Source of the DNA: a bacterium | Lineage (GTDB): Bacteria > UBA8248 | Length of the DNA stretch: 64,000 nt | Assembly (NCBI GenBank): GCA_965261085.1 | Contig: OZ253442.1 | Location: 1,824,001 to 1,888,000 of the forward strand | Direction of reading: 5' to 3' | In this document: piece by piece, positions 39,894-49,320 of the stretch | Position numbering within the stretch: position 1 is the stretch's first letter | How the letters are laid out: each line of letters opens with the position of its first letter | Position numbers and translations under genes: made by a program | Notes under the pieces: model-generated | Seen by the model: only the letters and a program-made list of their open reading frames with translations | Databases searched by the model: none | What the model was told of the DNA's origin: nothing

Positions 39894-40138
39894 CGGGACT
39901 CCTTGGTATAGTATGAACGACGTGTCGTCCTGTGGTTTATCGGAGAAGCCGGGTTCATCCTGTCATAAAGAGGGCATTTTGAAAAACTTTGACGGGGTGT
40001 TCCTCCCACGCCTCATGCGCCTTCTATGGAGGTCATCAACTGGGAACCGGGACGGGTCGCTTTCCCCGTCTCCCTTTTGGGGATAAAATTTTATCGGATA
40101 ATCCAGCATCGGCGTGCTCAACCTATAGGGGCCTATGG

Positions 40139-40963
40139 ATGAAAAAGGCGCTTTGTTTCGCTCTGCTCGTCTGCCTTTTGGCCGCGCCGACCGTCGTTTC
40201 CGCAAAATGCTCACCCGGCCTGGTTCGTCACATGCCTTTTAAGAGAGCGGTGCCCGTAGCTTACGTCCGCGCGGCGAAGACCTCACGCCGGATCAGCATC
40301 CAGTGGTTCGGCCATGCTTTTTTCCGGCTCATCTCCCCCGGGGGAATCCGCATCGTGACCGATCCCTTTTCTCCCCACCGGGGCTACCCCATCCCGAAGA
40401 CGAAACCCCACGTGGCCACAACGAGCGAGGAGGCGATGAACCATAGCTCCGTCGAGGTTCTGGGCGGAAACCCCGTCGTCTTGCGGGGCGTGCTCGGGCA
40501 CGGCGAAAAATGGAACGAGGTGGATTACCGGATAGGCGACGTGCGCATCCGCAACGTGCCCATCGTTCAGGGCGATGGGGGTGACGATTTCGATGCGGGG
40601 GAATCGAAAGCCTCATCATTTCTGTTCGAGACGGGTGGCCTTTGCATCGCTCATCTCGGAGATCTGGGTTCACCCATGAACCCCGAGCAGCTAAGAAGGC
40701 TGGGGAAGATTCACGTGGCCCTGGCGATAATCTCAGACCCCGGAGCCATGAACCCCAGAGTGATGGCGGATTTCGTCCAGAGGCTCGGCCCCAACGTCGC
40801 GATTCCGATGGACGTCCGCTCGCTCGAGGAGTTGAATGTGTTTCTCGGCGCTTTCAGGCGCGTCAGGAGAATCGAGGGCGACACCTACGTCTTCAGCCGC
40901 AGGACGCTGCCGCGCCCCACCGAGGTGGTGCTCATCAAGCACAAGGCCTGGGAGTGGAAATAG
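40139..40963 (+). CDS. secreted metallo-beta-lactamase-fold protein
   Basis: signal peptide MKKALCF..., I.WFGHAFF, TDPF, AHLGDLG; canonical HxHxDH degenerate (TSEEAMNH). Confidence 0.75.
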   Translation: MKKALCFALLVCLLAAPTVVSAKCSPGLVRHMPFKRAVPVAYVRAAKTSRRISIQWFGHAFFRLISPGGIRIVTDPFSPHRGYPIPKTKPHVATTSEEAMNHSSVEVLGGNPVVLRGVLGHGEKWNEVDYRIGDVRIRNVPIVQGDGGDDFDAGESKASSFLFETGGLCIAHLGDLGSPMNPEQLRRLGKIHVALAIISDPGAMNPRVMADFVQRLGPNVAIPMDVRSLEELNVFLGAFRRVRRIEGDTYVFSRRTLPRPTEVVLIKHKAWEWK

Positions 40964-41034
40964 AAAAACCCTAGTCCCTCTTTTCTCGTCATTCTGGGAT
41001 GGTTTCTTCCGTAATTCGCAATCCCTCCTTTACC

Positions 41035-41542
41035 GGGGTTGTTGAAAAAGCCTTTGTCAAGGGAGCAACCCCCCTGTCCCCCCTTGTCAGGGGGGTAAAG
41101 GCGATGCCCCCCCGACGAGGGGGTGGAAGAAAAGCCCCCCTGACAAGGGGGGACAGGGGGGTTGCTTTTACCAGTCGAAAGGGGTGTCCCCTCTACTTTC
41201 TAAAAAGGGGTCTTTTTCACAACCCCGATGAACGAGCGTTTGCAGACCGACGAGGGAGGTATTATGTGCCAGGGTGGCGAATGCGCCGCAGGCATTTTTC
41301 CCTTGAGGGACTTTTTCAACAACCCCGAAGAGGGAGAGTTTGCGAAAGCCCAGGAACGAGGAACATATCGGTTCGCAATTCCTCGCTCCTCGCTCGGAAG
41401 AATTCCTCCTTCTTCAGTCGGAATTCACCCCCCACCGGTTCGCTTGCGGTCTTACGCCCTTAGCTCACCGACGGACTTTCCCCTCGGAAAGCCCGACCCT
41501 CAAGGGGGGAGTCATTTCTTTGGGGGCTTTTTCAACAGCCCC
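41035..41542. mobile_element. nested MITE-like element with GGGGTTGTTGAAAAAG-type terminal inverted repeats
   Basis: left end 41035-41050; right-end copies at 41212-41226, 41311-41326, 41527-41542; internal 32-bp perfect inverted repeat; TTACC on both flanks. Confidence 0.65.
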
Positions 41543-41653
41543 TTACCAGTCGGGTTTGACTTTCCGGTGAACGGATTTGACGGAACAGGAGTTCTCTTTT
41601 TATAGTCATGATTGTCTTAAGCGCCGGAGGACCCGTTTCCTTGGAAAAAGCGC

Positions 41654-41953
41654 ATGACATCGTATGAATATCTCAACCTCCTCGCCTCCTACGGCGGCCT
41701 GGGTCTCCTCTTCTACCGCATCCGCGTGATGGCGAAAGGCGCCGAAATGCGGGCGGCGGACTCCGAGCGCAAGCACACCGAGACGATGACCGACTCAGGG
41801 CGCAGGCACAATGAATTCATGATCGAATCTGAGCGCAGGCATAACGAGACGATGGTGTCGCTTTCGCAAAGTCACGACGCCTTGCGCGAACTCATCGAGG
41901 AACAGGGGGAAAGCCGCATGGCCCTGCGCGAACTCATCGAGCGGACCAGATAG
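41654..41953 (+). CDS. small membrane-anchored protein with three 11-aa repeats
   Basis: N-terminal hydrophobic stretch; DSERKHTETMT / DSGRRHNEFMI / ESERRHNETMV; ALRELIE twice. Confidence 0.6.
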   Translation: MTSYEYLNLLASYGGLGLLFYRIRVMAKGAEMRAADSERKHTETMTDSGRRHNEFMIESERRHNETMVSLSQSHDALRELIEEQGESRMALRELIERTR

Positions 41954-42112
41954 CCGATTCCCCGCTCGGCAACCCTTCCCTCATCGTTCGAGATTTGATC
42001 CGCAAAAGCGTTTCGGAATTTCGCGAGAAAACACTACGGTATGACGCGGCGCTTACATGGATGATTGTTTGAGAATGACGCTCTCAGGCGAGGTGGTTTC
42101 GCACGCTCAAGC

Positions 42113-44395
42113 TCAGCGCTTCTCCACCTCCACGTGGTAGCTGTTGAACGTGGCGTTTTCGTATTCGGACAAGGCGTCGCCGGTGAGTTGATTGGCTGCG
42201 CCGTTCTCAGGCAAACCGCCCGAGGGCACATGCACGACTCCGGGCCTGATTCCCTCGCTCACCCTGGCCTCGAACTCGGACTCACCAAAATCGTTTTTAA
42301 GGCGCACGCTGTCGCCGTTCGCAATCCCCCGTGCGGCGGCGTCGGCCGGATGGAGAGTAGCGACGTTCCACCCGTGGCGGAGCAGCTTCGGCGCGTTGTT
42401 GAAGGTCGAACTCGCCCGGAAATAGGTTTTCGGCGTCAAGAGGTGAAGCGGATAGTCCGCCCGCTCGTCCGCCACATCTTCTTCGGGCGGAAAATGCGTG
42501 GGTACTTGCTGGGGAATCTCTTCGAAATAGACCTGCGCGCGCCCGTGCGGGGTAGTGAGGTCCCAGCACGGCGCGGCGTCCGGCACGTCGAGGGTGATTT
42601 GCCCCTCGGCTTCGAGTTTTTCGAGCGTGACATCCTCGAACCAGGGGAAGCGCGCGTCCGCCCGGGCGGCTTCTAAGAGTTCTTCCATCCATTCCTTGGA
42701 TGATTTCCACGGGAAATGCGCGCCGTAGCCCATCTTTTCGGCCAGGCGGCAGACGATCTCGAAATCATCGAGCGACTCCCCGCGCGGCGGCATGACGCCC
42801 GGCGTATAGAGGAGGATGTGTTTGGGCGTCAACTCGTGAGCGAGGTGATAAAAGGTGCTGCCCGCTTCCATACCCTCGGTGATCGCGCAGCGCTCGAGCC
42901 AGGTGGACGCGGGCAACACCACGTCCGCGCATTTCGCCGTCGGCGTCATGAAGACGTCCGCCACCGCGCAGAAATCCAGAGATCGCAGGGCGCGCTCGGT
43001 CTTGTGCGCGTTTCCAGCCTGCCCGACCGGGTTGCCCCACATCACGAGAGCGGCGTTCACGGGGCCGCCGTGGGAGTCGGGGTTCAGGATGGCTTCTCCG
43101 ATCTGTCCGGTCGGGATGGTGCGCTTCACCGGATTGGGGAGCGCCCAGCGATCGGTCATCACTTCGGCGAGACCGGTTCCGTGCGCTCTCTCGAAGGAGT
43201 AGCCAGCGTCACGCGCGCCGTGGCGCAATACGCCGCCCGAGGCGCCCGCCATCAGGTTCAGGATGTGCAGCGCGCGAACGGCCTGCTCCCCGTGCACGGT
43301 GCGCTGATAAGACCCGTAGTAGACGATGACTTTTCCTCGCCGCATCGCCTGCGCGATGGCGTGTACGTGTTCCGCCGAGACGCCGCATTCGCGCGCCGCG
43401 CGCTCGGGCGTCCAGGGTTCGGCGGCGTCGCGCAGGTAATCGAGCGCGGGCCTGCATCCGGTTCCGTTCACCTGAAAGGTCCCGCTCAGGGCCGGTTTTT
43501 CGCAAGCCTCGAAAGGCTTGGCCGAGGCGGTTTCTTCATCCCAGACGAGCGGCGCGCCGCCCGAATCCCGCACGAAGCGGGCGGTATCCGTATCCACCAG
43601 GAACGCGGCGTTGGTCCTCTCCCCGAGGAAGGCTTCATCGAGCGCGCCTTCTGAGAGCATGAGGCGCAGCACGGCCAGCGCCAGCGCGGTGTCCGTCGAG
43701 GGGCGAATCGGCACGTGGACCTCGCCGAAGCGCTCCACCGTCCGCGTGCGAAGCGGGTCCACTACGATGAAGCGGGTTCCCTTCTTCTTGGCGCTTTGTA
43801 AGGACTGGAGCAGGCCGCGGTACCCCGTCTCCACCGGGTTGTTGCCCCAGAGGACGATCCACTCGCAATCATCGCTCGGCTTGTTACTCACCTGCCAGTG
43901 GCCGAAAACGTCGTCGCTCGCGCCGAGAAAGGCCTTCCAGCAGAGGCTGCCGCGCATGTAGGGCTGCACGGCGCCGCCCCACATGTTCAAGAGCCGCATG
44001 ATGGTGGCGGGTTCCGCGTCGCGCCCGCCGGGCAGGGTATGCTGGGCGGAGTAGTGGTACATCATCACCGATTCGTTTCCGCCCTTCGCCTTGGCGGCCT
44101 CGAGCCCTCCGGCGACCAGTTCCAGCGCCTCGTCCCAACTCACGCGCTCGAAGCGGTTTGCGCCGCCTGCGCCCGAGCCCTTCTCGCCCACGCGCTTCAT
44201 CGGGTAGAGGAGCCTGTCGGGGTGGTTGTACCTGTCCGGCAACTGGAACCCCTTGATGCAGGGTTTGATGCGCATTCTGGGATTCGCCTTAAACGAGGTG
44301 ATGTCCTCCCCGCGCACTTCGACCTCGAAGCTGCACGGGTTGTTCCCGCAATGAGGAGAGCAAAGCGTATAGGCTTTTCTGGGCGCGCCGGACAT
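42113..44395 (-). CDS. orphan DMSO-reductase-family molybdopterin oxidoreductase, no Tat signal
   Basis: CSPHCGNNPC...PCIKG, RLLYPMKRVGEKG, WGNNPVET, D.F.T.TA..AD.VLPA, LHPADAAARGI. Confidence 0.88.
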   Translation of the reverse strand: MSGAPRKAYTLCSPHCGNNPCSFEVEVRGEDITSFKANPRMRIKPCIKGFQLPDRYNHPDRLLYPMKRVGEKGSGAGGANRFERVSWDEALELVAGGLEAAKAKGGNESVMMYHYSAQHTLPGGRDAEPATIMRLLNMWGGAVQPYMRGSLCWKAFLGASDDVFGHWQVSNKPSDDCEWIVLWGNNPVETGYRGLLQSLQSAKKKGTRFIVVDPLRTRTVERFGEVHVPIRPSTDTALALAVLRLMLSEGALDEAFLGERTNAAFLVDTDTARFVRDSGGAPLVWDEETASAKPFEACEKPALSGTFQVNGTGCRPALDYLRDAAEPWTPERAARECGVSAEHVHAIAQAMRRGKVIVYYGSYQRTVHGEQAVRALHILNLMAGASGGVLRHGARDAGYSFERAHGTGLAEVMTDRWALPNPVKRTIPTGQIGEAILNPDSHGGPVNAALVMWGNPVGQAGNAHKTERALRSLDFCAVADVFMTPTAKCADVVLPASTWLERCAITEGMEAGSTFYHLAHELTPKHILLYTPGVMPPRGESLDDFEIVCRLAEKMGYGAHFPWKSSKEWMEELLEAARADARFPWFEDVTLEKLEAEGQITLDVPDAAPCWDLTTPHGRAQVYFEEIPQQVPTHFPPEEDVADERADYPLHLLTPKTYFRASSTFNNAPKLLRHGWNVATLHPADAAARGIANGDSVRLKNDFGESEFEARVSEGIRPGVVHVPSGGLPENGAANQLTGDALSEYENATFNSYHVEVEKR

Positions 44396-44557
44396 CGTTA
44401 CCTCTTCTCCCTTTCAGCACAGGGCTACTTTACACGATTTCTTGAGCATCCTAACATAGGGCTTCTTTTGTTTCTGAGCAAATGGTGTTTGTCATCATGG
44501 AGCGGAACGCGTGACATCGCTTCCATCTGCATTTGACCCTTCTGGAGGTAAGAGAGA

Positions 44558-45715
44558 ATGAGTACAGACGGAACAGCGCAGGTCGAGGAATTCGTGCCCC
44601 CCACCTGGGATACCAAGATGCCCTTGCCGTCGAATCCGGAGACGGGCGAAGACGCGAACGACTATTACACCATCGACTGCGAAGTGCACGTGATGCCCGA
44701 GGATTACCGGCGCTTCATCAAGTATTTCGAGGGCACCAAAACCTTCGAGTACGCGCATAAGATGTGCAACCAGTGGCAGTGGATCGACCACAGGAACAAC
44801 AGGCAATCGGCCATTCATCCGGGCATGGACTGGAACATCGACAAGATTATCGGCGACATGGATCGCTCGGGCGTGGATCAGATAGCCCTGATGCGCGAGT
44901 CGTTCATCGACACGACGGGCGACAGCGCGCCGTTCTCCACGAACCAGCACGTCATCGACGCCATGGAGAAATACCCCGACCGCGTGATCGGCGTCTCGAA
45001 CGTGGGGCCGTTCTCCAAGCGCAAGACCAAGGATTTCCTCTGGGAGATGGAATACCTCCACGACAACTACAACTTCAAGTTCTCGAAGTTCTATCAGCCG
45101 GAAGATTGCCCCATCAACGACCGCAGGCTCTGGCCCGCCTATGAGATGTGCCAGGACAAGGGCATCGTCGCCTTCTTCCATACCGGCATCACCATCCGGC
45201 TGGGTCCCACGCGCTACACCCTGCCGGTTCTGCTGGACGAGGTGGCGTCCGACTTCCCGGACCTCAAGATCGTGGCCTACCATGGCGGCTATCCCTACTG
45301 GGAAGACCTCATCATGCTGCTCTGGAAACACCCCAACATTTACGTGAGCTACTCGATTCTTTTGCCCTGGCTCATGCGCGCGCCGCACCGGTTCGCCCAC
45401 ATGGTCGGCACAACGCTGCAGATTGCAGGCCCCGGCCGTTTCATCTGGGGCAGCGACTGGCCGGCTTCGGACCCCTATCAGTCGGTCGAGGCTATTCTGA
45501 AGCTCGAAATCGACGAGGAACTACAGGAGAAGTGGGGATATCCCTCCATCACGAAACAGGACAAGGCGGACTTCCTGGGCGGTACGCTCGCGAGACTCGC
45601 AGGCATCGACCCGGTGAAGAACCACCTCAAGTTCCCCGGCATGAACGGCTCGCCGGAGGGGACGACGCCCGAGGGCGACATCACCCGCGCGATCATGGCG
45701 AAGCAGGGCAGCTAG
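44558..45715 (+). CDS. amidohydrolase_2 family protein
   Basis: IDCEVH, FHTG, FPDLKIVAYHGG, WGSDWP. Confidence 0.85.
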   Translation: MSTDGTAQVEEFVPPTWDTKMPLPSNPETGEDANDYYTIDCEVHVMPEDYRRFIKYFEGTKTFEYAHKMCNQWQWIDHRNNRQSAIHPGMDWNIDKIIGDMDRSGVDQIALMRESFIDTTGDSAPFSTNQHVIDAMEKYPDRVIGVSNVGPFSKRKTKDFLWEMEYLHDNYNFKFSKFYQPEDCPINDRRLWPAYEMCQDKGIVAFFHTGITIRLGPTRYTLPVLLDEVASDFPDLKIVAYHGGYPYWEDLIMLLWKHPNIYVSYSILLPWLMRAPHRFAHMVGTTLQIAGPGRFIWGSDWPASDPYQSVEAILKLEIDEELQEKWGYPSITKQDKADFLGGTLARLAGIDPVKNHLKFPGMNGSPEGTTPEGDITRAIMAKQGS

Positions 45716-45744
45716 CCTTACAGCCCGGCATCTTCACCTGAAAT

Positions 45745-45784
45745 TATGAAACCCCGTCCGGGTTCGCCCGGGCGGGGTTTCATA
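45745..45784. terminator. strong hairpin between convergent genes (probable terminator)
   Basis: TATGAAACCCCGTCCGGG-TTCG-CCCGGGCGGGGTTTCATA, 18-bp stem with one G-T pair. Confidence 0.75.
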
Positions 45785-45841
45785 TGTGATAAAACTTGAT
45801 GGCAACTCTTCAGGGTATAAGTCTTTTGTTCCCGTGAACCC

Positions 45842-46594
45842 TTACATCTTCGCTATGATGAACTTGATCACGAGGCTCGTGGCGATAAAGAACAAGGCGA
45901 TTCGGATGATCTTGAAGAAAAGCGCCTGGTCGATGCGCTCGCGAACCCGGATGCCCACCAGATACCCGATACCCACGGGGATGATCGCCAGCAGCCCTTC
46001 GATAAAGCGAGGCTTCGTATAAATGCCCTGGTGTGAAAGGCTCAAGATCATGATGAACATACCTGCCGCGTTGAAGATGTTCATCAAGAAGATAAAGGGG
46101 TTTTTCGGCAGTCTCAGCATACTGAAGTAAATCGTGCTGATGACGCCGCTAATGGTCGTCGTTCCGTATACGAAACCCAGAGTCGCGCCCATCATGGCGG
46201 CCACGATTCTTTGCAGCCCCGCGCCGAGTTCCTTGAAGGAGCCGAGGCGGCGCTCCACGAGCAGGTACGCATACGCCATGACACCCATCATCAAACGAAT
46301 GAAATCAGGGTCTCCGAACCCGAGAAACCATACCCCGACCGGTACGAACGCCAGGGCGAACGGGAGATAGAGCGATATTTCCCTGATGGCGCGCCACTCC
46401 GAGCGGAGGCGGTAGGCGTCGGTGATGTTCGAGACGAGCAGTGAGAACGCCAGCAGGGTGGCGACGTTTTGGGGGACAAGAAAGAGCGCGAGAAGCGGGG
46501 CGGCCACCAGGGGTGTGCCGAAACCGATAGACCCCTTGACGAATCCCCCCACGAAGAGAACGCAGACGACGAAGACGACTTCCAGTTCGCTCAT
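45842..46594 (-). CDS. TauE/SafE family permease
   Basis: GFVKGSIGFG..LV..PLL motif, about 8 TM helices. Confidence 0.85.
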   Translation of the reverse strand: MSELEVVFVVCVLFVGGFVKGSIGFGTPLVAAPLLALFLVPQNVATLLAFSLLVSNITDAYRLRSEWRAIREISLYLPFALAFVPVGVWFLGFGDPDFIRLMMGVMAYAYLLVERRLGSFKELGAGLQRIVAAMMGATLGFVYGTTTISGVISTIYFSMLRLPKNPFIFLMNIFNAAGMFIMILSLSHQGIYTKPRFIEGLLAIIPVGIGYLVGIRVRERIDQALFFKIIRIALFFIATSLVIKFIIAKM

Positions 46595-46719
46595 GTGAGA
46601 CCCAAGGGAAAAGAGGGGTGTCTATCTCGAAACGCGCGGCGCGAGTGTTTTCCGCCTATCCAGCGGCCCGTGGTGGGTTTCTTGCCGGGGAATGGTTCCG
46701 TGGTCCTGCGAAGCGTGCC

Positions 46720-47559
46720 TCAACCCGCGATGTCCTCGCCTCCGTCGACCCGAATCAAATCGCCCGTCATCCACTGTGTGCCGGAGGTGGCCAGCGTCGC
46801 GATGGCGTCGGCTACTTTTTGCGTCGTCGTCAACTTCCCGTGGGGATTGATTTTTTTCGTGTTTTCGATCATCTCGGCGTTGCCGGGAATTTTGCGCAGC
46901 GCGGGCGTGTCCGTAACGCCGGCCTGAATGCTGTTCGCCGTGATGCCTTTGGGCGCGAGTTCGACCGCGAGTTGGCGGATGTGGCTCTCGAGCGCGGCCT
47001 TGGCCGCCGATACGGCGCCGTAGGTCTTCCAGATGCGGTGTCCGCCCGCGCTCGTCATCGCGTAGATGCGGCCCCCGAAGCCCATGAGGTCGCGCCGCAC
47101 CAGCGCCTGGGTCCAATACACCAGGCTGTTCGCCATGACGTCCAGCGTCATCTCGAGTTGTCTGGGGGTGATGGCGTCTTTTTCCTCATCGGCGATGTAG
47201 GGCTTGAGCGTGCCGAAGGCCAAGCTGTGGAGCAGGATGCGCACCGAGCTTTTCGCGTTCTCGCCCAGATGCTCCTCGATTTGATCCAGAACGCTCGCGC
47301 GTTCTTCATGGCCCGCCGCGTTCACGTTGAAATAGAGGGATTCTGCGCCGTTGTTCTTGATTTGTTCCCGAATGCGCTCCACGTTCGGCAGCGTGGCCTT
47401 TCTGTCGAGGTGAACACCTATAATGTTCACTCCCAGGCTCGATAGCTTGAGCGCGTTCGCTTCGCCGAAGCCGCTGCTGGCCCCCAGGATGAGCGCCCAG
47501 CTCCCTGCTAAATCCGGTTTCGTCACGTCGTTCTTCTCCTTTTCAGACTGTGCGGACAT
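46720..47559 (-). CDS. SDR family oxidoreductase (FabL-like enoyl-ACP reductase)
   Basis: LGASSGFG, YGAVSAAK (Yx6K), GVTDTPAL, VDGG. Confidence 0.8.
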   Translation of the reverse strand: MSAQSEKEKNDVTKPDLAGSWALILGASSGFGEANALKLSSLGVNIIGVHLDRKATLPNVERIREQIKNNGAESLYFNVNAAGHEERASVLDQIEEHLGENAKSSVRILLHSLAFGTLKPYIADEEKDAITPRQLEMTLDVMANSLVYWTQALVRRDLMGFGGRIYAMTSAGGHRIWKTYGAVSAAKAALESHIRQLAVELAPKGITANSIQAGVTDTPALRKIPGNAEMIENTKKINPHGKLTTTQKVADAIATLATSGTQWMTGDLIRVDGGEDIAG

Positions 47560-47726
47560 CGCATTTTCGATATTTATAGCATATCCGGGTGAGATTGGGG
47601 GCTGCCTTGGGCGAGGCGGGCGTTTGCCGGTTCCCGGCGGGACCGACTACTCGCAGACCCGCAGGGGCGGCGCATATGCGGTCCTCGCGGATGAGGAAAA
47701 GCTGCGCGGCCCGGCAATTCCTCCCA

Positions 47727-47852
47727 TATGGACAGGTCGCGACCTGTCCATACGATCCCTGCGGCATGATGATCGAAAGCGAACGCTGGGTGGCCCCTGC
47801 GCCTGTCCGCCATCCGCGCTGTCCCGGTAAGGACAACCACAGGGGGTTGTCC
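47727..47852. repeat. cluster of REP-like palindromes
   Basis: perfect 26-bp palindrome TATGGACAGGTCGCGACCTGTCCATA (47727-47752); GTAAGGACAACC-N6-GGTTGTCC (47827-47852). Confidence 0.65.
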
Positions 47853-47897
47853 GACAACTGGATTCCGGCAACCCCATCCTCCGTGGTCGAATCAGTC

Positions 47898-48005
47898 CGC
47901 ATTTCCCCGCATTCGCCGTCATGGATCAGACATGAGCGTGTGGCATAATTTTCCCGCGAATCGGTGAATCGGATCCCTCCGGAATTTCTGAAAATATCGA
48001 TAAAT
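47898..48005 (+). repeat. left copy of ~107-bp inverted repeat (partner 54520-54625)
   Basis: 47975-48005 is the exact 31-bp reverse complement of 54520-54550; the remainder is clearly homologous. Confidence 0.9.
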
Positions 48006-48277
48006 ATGCGTGGTAATTCGATAAATTAGGTACATCAAGCTATTTTCATCGGCCATTGAATCCAGCTATCCTGTTGATATCATTTCAAAAATATATTTTT
48101 GCCAACATCATCCAGAATCCACTTTCCGCAACATGTAATCAAATCGAAAGCGGATTCATTATAATTTCTGCGCATCCTATCGGGTTCGTGTCCGGTAATC
48201 GATGGGGTGGACGCGCCCTCCCGGCAACTTCACACTGTGGCAAGGTGACGTCGTTTACCGCCCTGGAGGAGGTACCC

Positions 48278-48754
48278 ATGGAACAAGGTCACATCATCGG
48301 CATCGACTTGGCGAAACAGAGCTTTCAACTCCACGCGAGCGCGCGCGAGGACGAGGAGGCGAGGCGCCTGATGAGCATCCCGGGGATCGGGCCGATCTGT
48401 GCGATGGCTATCCAGGCCTTCGCGCCGCCGGTGGAGAGCTTCCGTCGCGGGCGTGACTTCTCCGCCTGGCTCGGGCTCGTCCCCTGGCAGCACTCCACCG
48501 GGGGCAAGGCGCGGCTGGGCAGGATATCGAAGATGGGCCAGCGCGACGTCAGGCGGCTGTTGATCATAGGCGCGATGACGGTGGTGGGCTGGGCGGTCCG
48601 GTGAGGCGCGCCGCCGGGCTCATGGCTGGCCCGGATGCTGGCGCGCAAGCCGCGTATGCTGGTTGCAGTGGCGCTGGCCAATAGGATGGCGCGCATCGCC
48701 TGGGCGCTGATGACGAACAAGGAAGTCTACCGGGAACCGGCGCCGGTCGCCTGA
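48278..48754 (+). pseudogene. IS110 transposase pseudogene
   Basis: MEQGHIIGIDLAKQSFQLH fused directly to LMSIPGIGP..FRRGRDFSAWLGLVP.QHSTGGK..LGRISKMG; in-frame TGA 48602-48604, then ..VAVALANRMARIAWAL. Confidence 0.9.
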
Positions 48755-48809
48755 GCGGGCAGGCGCGCGGATAGCGCCCGGAGGAATGTGAGCAGGTCGG
48801 AGGACAATG

Positions 48810-48975
48810 TAGGGGCAAACGGTCATCGAGACGGGATCGGGAAAACCAGGACCGAATGGAGAGCTTTCAAGCTCAAGTAAGCGATTCGGACCCGATCCGC
48901 GCATCTCCATACGGGCCCGCGGCGAGTGACATGCCGCAATCGAGAGGCCGGATACACGAATGCGCCTGACCACTT
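48810..48975 (+). ncRNA. putative bridge/seek RNA of the IS1111-type element (limits approximate)
   Basis: located in the 3' non-coding end; stem GGATCGGG/CCCGATCC enclosing hairpin GAGCTT/AAGCTC; TCCATACGG echoes the element end TCCATACAG. Confidence 0.55.
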
Positions 48976-49320
48976 TGCGCCGAACTATCCAAAACAACGC
49001 TTGCATTTTTGGGCGCGTCCATACAGATCGTTTCGGAACGCCTTGTCCACGGCGCAGTTGCGGCCCCACAGCAGAATTCATCCAAAATAACACGATAACA
49101 ACACGTAATTGTCGCAAACGCTCACACTAAGTTCACACATTTTGTGCTTAAATGGGTCTGGTAATTTACAGTGCTCCGTAGAGCAACTATGGGGCGAAAC
49201 TCGGGGAGTTTTCGTTGCGTGTGAGTGTTTGGGGGGGATCTTCCGGATCCCTCGACGAGGAGAAACGAGTTGAGCCGGGGCGCCCATTGCCCCGGATTCA
49301 CTTGAGAAAGGTGACAGACC

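Larger units (their letters stand above)
48201..49028 (+). mobile_element. internally deleted IS110-family (IS1111 group) element
   Basis: sub-terminal IRs TGGACGCGCCC (48208-48218) / GGGCGCGTCCA (49011-49021), GAT at both ends, transposase remnant, long 3' non-coding end. Confidence 0.85.

Noticed and set aside
40999-41605. ORFs of 154, 125 and 76 aa over the palindromic element
   Set aside because: They translate repeat DNA (PLSPLVRG..PLTRGDRG mirror pattern), with no RBS or coding bias.
48602-48604. Selenocysteine readthrough of TGA in the transposase
   Set aside because: The gene is already destroyed by a large deletion; the codon is most simply a CGA-to-TGA change.
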